DNA of 63,586 nucleotides, counting the filler, from an uncultured Synergistales bacterium (GTDB taxonomy: Bacteria; Synergistota; Synergistia; Synergistales; Aminobacteriaceae): the NCBI GenBank assembly GCA_937897575.1. It is 6 parts of 6 records of this genome, joined end to end, with 100 filler letters (N's around TTAATTAATTAA, not from the genome) between each part and the next. Parts side by side here need not be neighbours in the genome. Positions count along the whole stretch, not along the records: positions 1 to 15,353 come from CALCQG010000018.1; positions 15,454 to 30,752 come from CALCQG010000019.1; 4 more parts are not named here. One strand, written 5' to 3'. Position numbers and translations under genes: made by a program. This document shows positions 9,161 to 18,084 of this stretch, piece by piece. The stretch's first letter is position 1. Every line of letters starts with the position of its first letter. A model generated the notes under the pieces. It was not told where the DNA came from, searched no databases, and saw nothing but the letters and a program-made list of their open reading frames with translations.

Positions 9161-10858
9161 ATGAGCGACAACTGTTTTGCCGGCTACAACCTGCGGGAGG
9201 AGCTGCTCCTGGCCCTTCAGAAGAAGGGCTTCACCCTGCCCACGCCTGTCCAGGAAAAGGTGCTTGCCCTGGACTCCTTTGATTTGGACCTCATCGTACG
9301 GGCCAAGACCGGATCGGGGAAGACCCTCGCCTTTCTGCTCCCCATGCTCCAGGAGATGGACCTTCCCGAGTCGAATCCGAAGATACTGATCCTCTCCCCC
9401 ACCCGGGAGCTCGCCCAGCAGACGGCCCGGGAGGCCGAGTGGATCTCCCGCTACATGGACATCTCCGTGGCCACGCTCGTGGGAGGGCTGGACATGGCCG
9501 CCCAGATCCGATCCCTGAAGGAGGGGGCCGTCATCGTGGTCGGGACTCCGGGGCGGACTCTGGACCACATCAACCGCGGAACCCTCCGCACGGCGAACAT
9601 CCACTCCGTCATCCTCGACGAGGGCGACCACATGCTGGACATGGGTTTCAAGGACGAGCTCGAGGGCATCCTGGACAGTCTGCCCGACAGAAAGAGGACC
9701 TGGCTCTTCTCGGCCACCATGCCCCGCGAGGTGCGGGAGCTGTCGACGAAGTACCTCTCCTCTCCGCTCTTCATCTCCCTCGTCGGCGAAGAGGAGGGGA
9801 ACGAGGATATAGCCCACAAGGCCTATCTCGTTCCGTCGCGCTACAGAATGGAGGGGCTGGTGAACATCCTGCTCTGGGAGCGACCCAAGCGGGGGCTCAT
9901 CTTCTGCCACACTCGGCTCGACACCATGACCGTCGCCCAGCGCCTCTCGGAGTCGGGCTTCAAAGCGGGCTCCCTGCACGGCGAAATGACCCAGCGAGAG
10001 CGGAATGCCGTGCTCGCCTCCTTCAAAAGCGGGCAGCTGCCCCTGCTCGTGGCGACGAACGTCGCGGCCCGCGGGCTCGACGTGGAGGGGGTCACCCACG
10101 TCATACAGCTCGGCCTTCCCGACGACCGGGACACCTTTGTGCACAGAAGCGGACGGACGGGGCGGGCAGGGCACGAGGGCATCAACATCCTGCTCCTCTC
10201 CCCCCAGGAGAGCACCAAGTTCAAGTACATGCTGGGCTCGGCCAAAGTCCCGGTGGAGTGGCACAACGTCCCCGACGCCGAGGCCATAGGAAAGATCCAG
10301 AAGGAGATCACCGAGGAAAAGCTGCTCACCATGAAGGAGCCCGACGATCGGGAGAGCTATCTCGCCTGGGCGGAGGACCTTCTGACGCGGGTCGGCGCGA
10401 AGGACCTCGTGGCGAGGCTCCTGTGGAGCCTGTCGTCGAAGCGGTCCACGGGGTACACCCTGTCCGCCGAGCTCGACCGGGAGATTCGAAGGAAGAGCAG
10501 GCGCCCTGCGGACGAGGGGCAGGAGCGGAGCTTCAAAAGCCGGCGCCCCAAGGGGACCATGCTCCGTCTCGGCAAGGGACTTGCGGACGGATGGGATGTG
10601 GGGCGGGTGCTCAGCGCCGTCTGCACGTCCCTGCACGTCGACCGCTCGGAGATCGGGGCCATACGGATGAAGGACGACCACGTCCTCGTGGAGCTGCTCC
10701 CCATGGCGCTCTCGCGGTTCAACGAGGACTGCAGGGGGCTTGAACAGCGGGGGCTCCTGGAGGCCGGAGCGGGGAAAGGCGCCCTGCTCTTCTCGGCGCC
10801 CGCCCGTCCCAGGAGGTCCGCCGACGGCCCTCGGGCGAGAAAGTGGGAGAGGTCCTAG
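9161..10858 (+). CDS. DEAD/DEAH-box RNA helicase (DeaD/CshA-like)
   Basis: Q-motif PTPVQ, AKTGSGKT, PTRELA, GTPGR, DEGD variant of DEAD, SAT, ARGLD, HRSGRTGRAG; DbpA-like C-terminal region. Confidence 0.93.
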   Translation: MSDNCFAGYNLREELLLALQKKGFTLPTPVQEKVLALDSFDLDLIVRAKTGSGKTLAFLLPMLQEMDLPESNPKILILSPTRELAQQTAREAEWISRYMDISVATLVGGLDMAAQIRSLKEGAVIVVGTPGRTLDHINRGTLRTANIHSVILDEGDHMLDMGFKDELEGILDSLPDRKRTWLFSATMPREVRELSTKYLSSPLFISLVGEEEGNEDIAHKAYLVPSRYRMEGLVNILLWERPKRGLIFCHTRLDTMTVAQRLSESGFKAGSLHGEMTQRERNAVLASFKSGQLPLLVATNVAARGLDVEGVTHVIQLGLPDDRDTFVHRSGRTGRAGHEGINILLLSPQESTKFKYMLGSAKVPVEWHNVPDAEAIGKIQKEITEEKLLTMKEPDDRESYLAWAEDLLTRVGAKDLVARLLWSLSSKRSTGYTLSAELDREIRRKSRRPADEGQERSFKSRRPKGTMLRLGKGLADGWDVGRVLSAVCTSLHVDRSEIGAIRMKDDHVLVELLPMALSRFNEDCRGLEQRGLLEAGAGKGALLFSAPARPRRSADGPRARKWERS

Positions 10859-10899
10859 AGAATGAGAGAGCGCTCCCGGCTCCGCCGGGAGCGAGGCAT

Positions 10900-10931
10900 A
10901 AAAAAGGACGGCGTGTTCGCCGTCCTTTTTT
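10900..10931. terminator. Bidirectional intrinsic terminator between the helicase and the csp gene
   Basis: AAAAAAGGACGGCG-TGTT-CGCCGTCCTTTTTT between convergent genes. Confidence 0.9.
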
Positions 10932-10962
10932 GTCCAAAAAGTGTGATCAGAGAATGGAAGCG

Positions 10963-11163
10963 TTAGAACTTCTGGACGTTCGCGGCCTGAGGCCCCTTCT
11001 CGCCATCCACCACGTCGAAGGAGACCTTCTGCCCCTCGGCAAGCGTCTTGAACCCGTCGCCTACAATGGCGCTGAAATGAACGAAAACATCCTTGCCTTC
11101 GTCCGTCGTGATGAACCCATACCCCTTACTGTCGTTGAACCACTTCACTGTTCCCTGACTCAT
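10963..11163 (-). CDS. Cold-shock protein (CspA family)
   Basis: [19 protein letters not shown] and DVFVHFSAI (RNP1/RNP2); 66 aa; AGGAGG SD upstream. Confidence 0.97.
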   Translation of the reverse strand: MSQGTVKWFNDSKGYGFITTDEGKDVFVHFSAIVGDGFKTLAEGQKVSFDVVDGEKGPQAANVQKF

Positions 11164-11331
11164 GCAAAAACAGCCTCCTAAAACTTGATTTAAATCCGTG
11201 GTATACACCACGGCGTTACAATATCGGATTTTTCGTCAACTGTCAAGGCATTTCTGTTTTTTCCCGCACAAGTGCAGCGAAGGACCACATGTTTTCCTCG
11301 CTATTCCGCGCAGACAGCGTATTGGCGCCCT

Positions 11332-12615
11332 TCAGCGGTCAGATTCCTTCGATCGTCCACCGCCAGCCTCCGGCAGGAAACAGGCGCAGAAGAGCGCGAG
11401 CAGGGCAGCCCCCGCCGGCAGGACAAGCGCATTATGGTAGGCTTGGGGCGGGGGAAGGGCTGTGAAACGGTCGATGAGCACGCCGATAAAGGACGTGCAG
11501 AGCGCCGTCCCGAGAAAACCCGCCGTGTTGACGACAGAGATGGCGAGCCCCGTGAAGCGTTCGGAGTTGATGTCCTTCGCGACGGACCACGCCAGGACGA
11601 AGGTCGTGCTCGTGACCCCCGTGAGAAAGAGGAAGAGTCCGAGCCACACGCCCGGAGGGATGCCCCCCGGGCCGAGGAGCAGCAGTAGGACCCACAGGGC
11701 CAGGTGGAATGCCGACAGGGCGATCATGAGGTATTTTCGTCGGCAGTGCCGGTCCGAAAGCCATCCTAAGAGAGGCCCCGCCACCATCACGCCGAGGATC
11801 AGCAGGACGGCGTAGGAGGATGCCGAGGGCAGGGAGAACCCATAGGCGTTCGTAAGCCACGGAATGCCCCAGGTGGACAGCAGGGCGTACAGGGCGGCCT
11901 GGTTGAAGAAGTAGAAGAGGGCCGTCGCCGCCATGCCCTTGGACCCGAACACGGCCTTCACACCCTGAAGAACGGGCGGGGTGTCGGCCGGATCTGCCGA
12001 GGCACGAAGCATGGCCCGCTCGTTGATGGGGGGCAACCCCATATCCTGCGGCCTGTTTCGGATAAAGAACCAGCAGAGCCCCGAGAGGAGAAGCGTGAAG
12101 GCTCCGATGCCCACGAACCCGGAACGCCACGATATGACCGTGAGCAGGAGCGCGAGAGGCCCCTGGGAGAGGATGCCGCCCAGATTGCCCAGGAGGCTCG
12201 TCGCTCCGGACAGGGTGGCGAACTCCCCTTCGCGGAACCATTGGGACTGGATCTTCATGATGCAGACAAAGACGGTGGCAACGCCTATTCCGACGAGGAA
12301 TCGCCCGACGAAGAGCCAGATCACCGACGGAGCCAGTCCGAAAAGGAGCGCTCCAGCACCGGCCACGAGCATCCCCGACGTGACGGTCGCCCTCGGTCCG
12401 AGGGTATCGGCGAGGAGCCCCACGGGGGTCTGCATGATCATGTAGGCGTAGAAGTACATGGACGCCATGTTGCCGAAGGCCGCCGCCGAGAGGGTGAAGT
12501 CGGCTGACAGCGCCTCCTTGACCACGCCCGTTGCGAGGCGGTGGAAGAAGGACACCATGAAGGCCAGGATCATGATGCTCCAGATGATCCATCGATAGGA
12601 GAGGGCCCTCTTCAT
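11332..12615 (-). CDS. MFS transporter
   Basis: About 12 hydrophobic segments; motif A GLLADTLGPR and second-half GWLSDRHCRRK. Start could also be 12657. Confidence 0.88.
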   Translation of the reverse strand: MKRALSYRWIIWSIMILAFMVSFFHRLATGVVKEALSADFTLSAAAFGNMASMYFYAYMIMQTPVGLLADTLGPRATVTSGMLVAGAGALLFGLAPSVIWLFVGRFLVGIGVATVFVCIMKIQSQWFREGEFATLSGATSLLGNLGGILSQGPLALLLTVISWRSGFVGIGAFTLLLSGLCWFFIRNRPQDMGLPPINERAMLRASADPADTPPVLQGVKAVFGSKGMAATALFYFFNQAALYALLSTWGIPWLTNAYGFSLPSASSYAVLLILGVMVAGPLLGWLSDRHCRRKYLMIALSAFHLALWVLLLLLGPGGIPPGVWLGLFLFLTGVTSTTFVLAWSVAKDINSERFTGLAISVVNTAGFLGTALCTSFIGVLIDRFTALPPPQAYHNALVLPAGAALLALFCACFLPEAGGGRSKESDR

Positions 12616-12785
12616 CGGTTCGTTCGCACCGTCCGGCGGTCGCTGGGCAATGGCCATTCAGGACGCTCCTTCGCGGAGTAATGGACTGCCACGTAATAGT
12701 ATCATCGAACGGCCGTTTTTTTCCGCCGTTTCCTATATAATCGACAGGTGTTTTTTCAGTTGCGCAAAGGAGGACCTGCCCGCCC

Positions 12786-14768
12786 ATGATCCGACTGTCC
12801 GGCATCGCGCTCCGGTTCGGAGAACGAGCCCTGTTCCGCGACCTCTCATGGCTGGTGCCCCCCGGAAGCAGAGTCGGCCTCGTGGGGGACAACGGGGCCG
12901 GGAAGACGACCCTGCTCCGGCTCATCGTCGGACACGTCCAGCCCGACGAGGGCACCGTCGTCATGCCTCGCGGACGGACGATCGGCTACCTCCCCCAGGA
13001 CCTGGTCGAACTCCCGTCCGTCGGCGTCCTGGAGTACCTCCGAACGCTGACGGGGATCGCCCATGCCGAAAGAGCCCTGGCAGAGTGCAGCAACCGTCTT
13101 TCGGCCCTGCCCCACGGCTCGCCGGAGCAGCGTCAGGCCCTGGCGCTGCACGACGAGTTGGCGAAGGAGTTCGAGCTCCGCGGGGGCTACTCCTTCGACG
13201 CCATGGCCAGAAAGATCCTTCACGGCCTCGGATTCGCCGACGGGGACTTCGCGCAGAACACGGAGACCTTCTCGGGGGGGTGGAAGATGCGCGTTCATCT
13301 TGCGGGCATCCTCCTGTCCATGCCGGATATCCTGCTCCTGGACGAGCCGACGAACCACCTGGACACGGAGAGCATGGAGTGGCTCGAAGGGTGGCTTCTC
13401 GCCTTTCGCGGGACCATCGTCTCCGTCTCCCACGACCGGCGGTTCCTCGACCGCATCTGCACGTCCATCGCCGAGGTGTCGCGAGGCACGCTTGACGAAT
13501 ACCGCGGCAACTTCTCCCAATACCTGGAGGAGCGGGAACAGCGCCTCGAAGAGCTTCGAAAGAGGGAGAAGCAGCAGAAGGACGAGATCGCCCACCTCGA
13601 GGAGTTCATCGAACGATTCCGCTACAAAGCCTCGAAGGCCTCGTCGGTGCAGAGCCGAATAAAGCGCCTCGGGAAGATCGAACTTGTGGAGGTGACGCCC
13701 GATACGAAGCGGGTCTCCTTCCGATTTCCGCCCTGCACCAGGAGCGGGCTCAACGTCGTGACGCTGCGGAACGTGGCAAAACGGTATGGGGATAACGTGG
13801 TCCTGCGGGATGTCTCGCTGACCGTCCAGCGGGGCGAGAAGGTCGCCCTCGTGGGGGTGAACGGGGCGGGCAAGTCGACCCTCTCCCGGATCCTCAGCGG
13901 CGTGGAAGAGCCGACCTCGGGGGAGGTCCTTCTCGGCCACGGCGTCGAACGGGCCTTCTACTCCCAGGAGTCGGCGAAAAATCTCGACTACTCGCGGTCC
14001 GTCTGGGAGTCCCTCTCGGGGCGCGACGGCACATGGAGCGCCCAGGACAAACGGAACCTGCTCGGAGCCTTTCTCTTCTCGGGGGACGACATCCACAAGG
14101 CCGTCTCCGTCCTCTCCGGAGGGGAAAAGGCAAGGCTCGCGCTGCTGAAGCTTCTGCTCGAAAAGGCCAACTTCCTCATCCTCGACGAACCGACGAACCA
14201 TCTGGACATGCGGACGAAGGACCTCTTCCAGCATGCCCTTCTCGAGTACGACGGCACGCTGGTCATCGTGTCCCATGACCGGTACTTTCTCGACAATCTG
14301 GCGTCGAAGGTCGTGGAGATCACGTCCGGCGACCTGGTGGAGTACCCGGGCAACTACTCCTCGTTCATCGAAAAGAGAAAGGAACGCGCGGACGTCGTGG
14401 AAAGTCCCTCTCAGGGCGGCTCCACGGCCGAATCCCCATCTCTGAGGGATCGGCGGAGAGCGGAGGCCGAACGGCGCAACCTCCGGTCCAGGGCGCGAAA
14501 AGCCGTCATGGACCGTCTTATCCCGCTCGAGGAGCGGATCGAGTTGCTTGAGAACAAACTGCGCGAACAGGACGGACTGTTGAGCGATCCGGCGTTTCAC
14601 GCCAAGTCAGGGGACGTGTCGGCCCTTCTCATCGAACGGAACGGCCTCTCCCGGGAACTTGCATCCCTCCTCCCTCTATGGGAAGATTGTATGAAGGAAA
14701 TTGAAGGGATAGACAGCGAGGAGGAGCAGCAGGACCTTCATTCGCCGCAAAGGAGACAACGTTCATGA
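12786..14768 (+). CDS. ABC-F family ATPase
   Basis: Two ABC cassettes (GDNGAGKTT/FSGGW/LDEPTNHLD and GVNGAGKST/LSGGE/LDEPTNHLD), inter-domain linker, coiled-coil C-terminus, no TM segments. Confidence 0.93.
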   Translation: MIRLSGIALRFGERALFRDLSWLVPPGSRVGLVGDNGAGKTTLLRLIVGHVQPDEGTVVMPRGRTIGYLPQDLVELPSVGVLEYLRTLTGIAHAERALAECSNRLSALPHGSPEQRQALALHDELAKEFELRGGYSFDAMARKILHGLGFADGDFAQNTETFSGGWKMRVHLAGILLSMPDILLLDEPTNHLDTESMEWLEGWLLAFRGTIVSVSHDRRFLDRICTSIAEVSRGTLDEYRGNFSQYLEEREQRLEELRKREKQQKDEIAHLEEFIERFRYKASKASSVQSRIKRLGKIELVEVTPDTKRVSFRFPPCTRSGLNVVTLRNVAKRYGDNVVLRDVSLTVQRGEKVALVGVNGAGKSTLSRILSGVEEPTSGEVLLGHGVERAFYSQESAKNLDYSRSVWESLSGRDGTWSAQDKRNLLGAFLFSGDDIHKAVSVLSGGEKARLALLKLLLEKANFLILDEPTNHLDMRTKDLFQHALLEYDGTLVIVSHDRYFLDNLASKVVEITSGDLVEYPGNYSSFIEKRKERADVVESPSQGGSTAESPSLRDRRRAEAERRNLRSRARKAVMDRLIPLEERIELLENKLREQDGLLSDPAFHAKSGDVSALLIERNGLSRELASLLPLWEDCMKEIEGIDSEEEQQDLHSPQRRQRS

Positions 14769-15353
14769 AGAGATCGCCGACTCCCCGCATAGTGTGGTTG
14801 TGCTCAGCGGCCCTCGTCCTGCTTTTCACCTGTTTCGTCCTCCCGGCGATCGCAGGAACGGAAGAGTGCCGGGGCAAGACCTTCGTCGACTTCCTCATCA
14901 AGGAGTTTTCGCCCGAGACGATGACGGTGATCCTCAGCGAAGACCCCGACGAGGACGGCAATATCCGGGATGTCTACGTCGACGCGAGGGGGTGCGTGAT
15001 AGGAAAGGTCCGGATCGACACCCTTCGCATGAAGGCGACGGGCGTGACCCTCACCCCTCCGTCGCAGTGGACAAAGGACTGCATCGACATCCGGCAGGTG
15101 CTGAACGTCCACGCCCAGGCGACGATCTCCGAGGCGGACCTGAACAACCATCTCATCGGCCGTGAGTTCGGGGAAGACGACAACTGGAAGGACGTCCGGG
15201 TGGACATCACGCCGCAGGGCATCTACGCGAAGGGGCACTACGTCTTCAGGCTGCTCTTCACCATGGACCTCTTCATCGAGGTCTTCAGCAAGCTCAAAAT
15301 AGTGGACAGACAGCAGGTATGGCTCGACGACTACTCCGCCCGCGTCAACAGGG
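14765..15353 (+). CDS. Secreted hypothetical protein (possibly DUF2993/LmeA-like), truncated at contig end
   Basis: Signal peptide, ATISEADLN motif, ATGA overlap with the ABC-F stop. Confidence 0.55.
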
Positions 15354-15453
15354 NNNNNNNNNNNNNNNNNNNNNNNNNNNNNNNNNNNNNNNNNNNNTTA
15401 ATTAATTAANNNNNNNNNNNNNNNNNNNNNNNNNNNNNNNNNNNNNNNNNNNN
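15354..15453. other. Artificial contig spacer
   Basis: N-run, TTAATTAATTAA (stops in all six frames), N-run; 100 bp. Confidence 0.98.
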
Positions 15454-16550
15454 ATGACGGCCACAGCCCGTCCCTCGCCGCCGGAGAGGCACTCGCTCCC
15501 CTCCGCCGTGACGAGGTAGTCGTCCTCGATGCGCATCCCGCCCCACCCTTCGATGTAGGCGCCGGGCTCCACGGTCACCACGTCGCCCTCCTGCAGGGTG
15601 TCCCCGGACAGTTGGGAGAGGCGGGGGTCCTCGTGGATCTCGAGGCCGAGCCCGTGCCCCAGGCCGTGGGTGAAGAGCGGGCCGAATCCCCGCTCCGTCA
15701 GAATGTCCCGCGCGACGGCGTCCACGGCCTTGCAGGGGACGCCGGAACGGATGGCCCCGGCCGACGTGATGTGGGCCTCGAGGAGCGCCGCCTCCATGGC
15801 CCTCGCCTTCTCGCAGAGCGGTCCGACGGAGAAGGTCCGGGTGAGGTCGGACATGTAGCCCTCCACCGTGGCGCCGAAATCCACCACCACGAGGTCGCCC
15901 TTTCGGAAGCGCCGCTCCGTCGGAGCCCCGTGGGGCAGGGCGCTCCGCTCGCCCGACGCGACGAGGAAGGTGCCCAAACGCCACCCGCGCTCGGCCCCCA
16001 TGGCCCGCACCTCGTACTCGAGCCGGGCGTTGAAGTCCGACTCCGTCATCCCTTCGGCCGCCTGGCCGAGGACCTTCTCGTAGGCCGCATAGGCGATGCT
16101 CCCAGCTTTCCGTATGGCGGCGACCTCAACTTCATCCTTCGTCCGGCGGAGGGCCGGCAGAAGGGCGGAGGCATCCCGCCACCGCGGCGCGGCCGGTTTC
16201 AGGGCCTCGAAGAGGCGGACGGTGAGACGGTTCGCCTCATACCCGGCGGTCTGCCAACGGCCTTCGGCGAGCACCTCCAGGGTTTTCTCCGGCAGCGTCC
16301 CGCTCCCCTGCATGCGGAGCTCGAAGGGCGACTGAACCTTCGCCTGGAGGGCGTACCGCCCGTCGGTGACGAGACAGGACCTGTCCCGGGACACGATGAC
16401 GGCACCGCTGCTGCCGCGGAACCCGGTGATGTACTCCATGGACTCGCAGTTGTTCCGCTCCGCCACCACAAGGACTAGGGCGTCCAGGCCGTCCTGCGCC
16501 ATGCGCTCCCGCAGGCGGGCGAGACGCCGCTCGATGTGCCCGAAGCTCAT
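15454..16550 (-). CDS. Xaa-Pro aminopeptidase (M24), last codons lost at contig end
   Basis: Creatinase-N region; metal ligands in VDFGA, SDLTRT, HGLGHGLGLEIHE, TVEPG, GMRIEDD. Confidence 0.93.
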
Positions 16551-17530
16551 TGTCCCTCTCCTTTGGGCCGCTCCAGCAGCCCCCACAACTCCTCCGTGAC
16601 GTCGTCGGCACAGTTGCCCGGGCCGTCCGTCATCCGTCCGGCAATCACGCCGTCGATGCCCGCCTCCCTCAGGCGCTCCATGGCCCTGTCCTCGTGCTCC
16701 TGCGGGACCACCGCCATGAGGACCCCCGAGGAGATGAGGTGGAGCGGATCGAACTGCAGATGCTCCGCCGCCCGGCGCGTCAGCGGCGAGAGGGGGACCT
16801 TCTCCATGTCGAGGTCGACGCCCAGTCCGCTCAGGCGCATGATCTCCGCGATGCCGCCCCCGACGCCGCCCTCCGTCGGATCGTGGAGGAACTTCGCCAG
16901 GTCCCGGAGAATGCGCGACTCGCCCAGCACGGAGATGTGGTCGAGCCAGGAGCGGACCTCGGACAGCTCCGACGCGTCCAGAACTCCTCTCAGCAGGTCC
17001 GGCCGGTCGTTGGCGAGGATGGCCATGCCCTCGAGGCCCATGTGCTTCGTGAGAAGAACGGCGTCTCCGGGGCGGATATCCGTGGCCCGATAGGCGTACT
17101 TCGTGGGCCCCATCATGGTGCCCACGAGGACGGGCTGGTCGTACCGCGCCGTAAGCTCCGTGTGCCCCCCCACGACGGCGGCCCCGATGGTGAGGCAGGC
17201 CTCGTGGATCTCCCGCATGATGGCCTCCACCTGCGCCGCGCCGCCCTTCGACGGGACGAGCAGGGTCACCACGAGAAAGGCCGGCTCACCCCCCTTGCAG
17301 GCGATGTCGTTGGCGTTGATGTGGACGAGAAACCGCCCCGCCCCCTCCCTGGCCCCGACGATGGGGTCCGAGGCCACGGCCACGTACTGTCCGACTGGCC
17401 ACCGGATGAGCGCCGCGTCCTCCCCTATCCCCGGCCCCACCAGGACCTCCGGCCGGGGGGCCCCGCAGTAGCGGAAGATGGTCTTCTCGAGAAGCTTGGG
17501 GGGCAGTTTGCCCACCTTGTGTTCCATCAT
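16547..17530 (-). CDS. AIR synthase-related (PurM/HypE-like) protein
   Basis: MMEHKVGKLP, GPGIGEDAA, SDPI, NANDIA, VGGHTE, HDPTEGG. Confidence 0.88.
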   Translation of the reverse strand: MMEHKVGKLPPKLLEKTIFRYCGAPRPEVLVGPGIGEDAALIRWPVGQYVAVASDPIVGAREGAGRFLVHINANDIACKGGEPAFLVVTLLVPSKGGAAQVEAIMREIHEACLTIGAAVVGGHTELTARYDQPVLVGTMMGPTKYAYRATDIRPGDAVLLTKHMGLEGMAILANDRPDLLRGVLDASELSEVRSWLDHISVLGESRILRDLAKFLHDPTEGGVGGGIAEIMRLSGLGVDLDMEKVPLSPLTRRAAEHLQFDPLHLISSGVLMAVVPQEHEDRAMERLREAGIDGVIAGRMTDGPGNCADDVTEELWGLLERPKGEGQ

Positions 17531-18075
17531 GTTCTCACCTCTGTCCTGATGCTGTATCGGCACCCGCAGTAGGTCTGCCGGTAGAGCCCCATGGCCTTCC
17601 ACCGGGCGACGGACCGCACGAACCCGTTTCCCTTTCTGAACACCCGCTCGAGCCACCGGAGCCCGCGGCGGGACGCCGCCTCCGCCCCGATCCTGTTGAT
17701 GAGGGCAGCGTCCTTGTGGGGGCTTATGGTCAGCGTGGTGCAGAGCAGGCCGATCCCGAGCTTTTCCGCCGCCTCGGCGGCCCCGTCGAGCTGGAGGGCG
17801 AAGCAGAGAGCGCACCGCCGGCCGCCCTCGGGCTCAGCGGCGAGGTCGCGCACGGCAGTCTCCCATCCATCGGGGGGAGTTCCGCCGAGCACGGGCTCCC
17901 GGCCCATGACGCGGCAGAGCGCGAGGAGCGCCTCCCTCCGGCGCCGCTCCTCGTCCTCGGGGAAGATGTTGGCGCCGTACCAGTAGGGGGTCACATCGTA
18001 CCCCTCGTCGCGCAGCGCCTCCCACGGGACGGTCCCGTCGGGAGCGCAGCACACGTGCAGCAACAGGGAGTCCAT
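17527..18075 (-). CDS. queH: Epoxyqueuosine reductase QueH (DUF208)
   Basis: LLLHVCCAPD, EGGRRCALCF, TTLTISPHK, YRQTYCGC. Confidence 0.9.
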   Translation of the reverse strand: MDSLLLHVCCAPDGTVPWEALRDEGYDVTPYWYGANIFPEDEERRRREALLALCRVMGREPVLGGTPPDGWETAVRDLAAEPEGGRRCALCFALQLDGAAEAAEKLGIGLLCTTLTISPHKDAALINRIGAEAASRRGLRWLERVFRKGNGFVRSVARWKAMGLYRQTYCGCRYSIRTEVRT

Positions 18076-18084
18076 GGGCCCCCT

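Noticed and set aside
12745..12778. Possible fourU-like hairpin covering the ABC-F SD (CAGGT..TTTTTT..AAAGGAGG..ACCTG)
   Set aside because: The likely start site after TATAAT (12736-12741) would remove most of the closing stem, leaving weak pairing.
15354..15453. TTAATTAATTAA motif recurring five times in the window
   Set aside because: Always centred in a 100-bp N-block; it is a synthetic six-frame-stop contig joiner, not a biological repeat. Synteny across these joins is meaningless.
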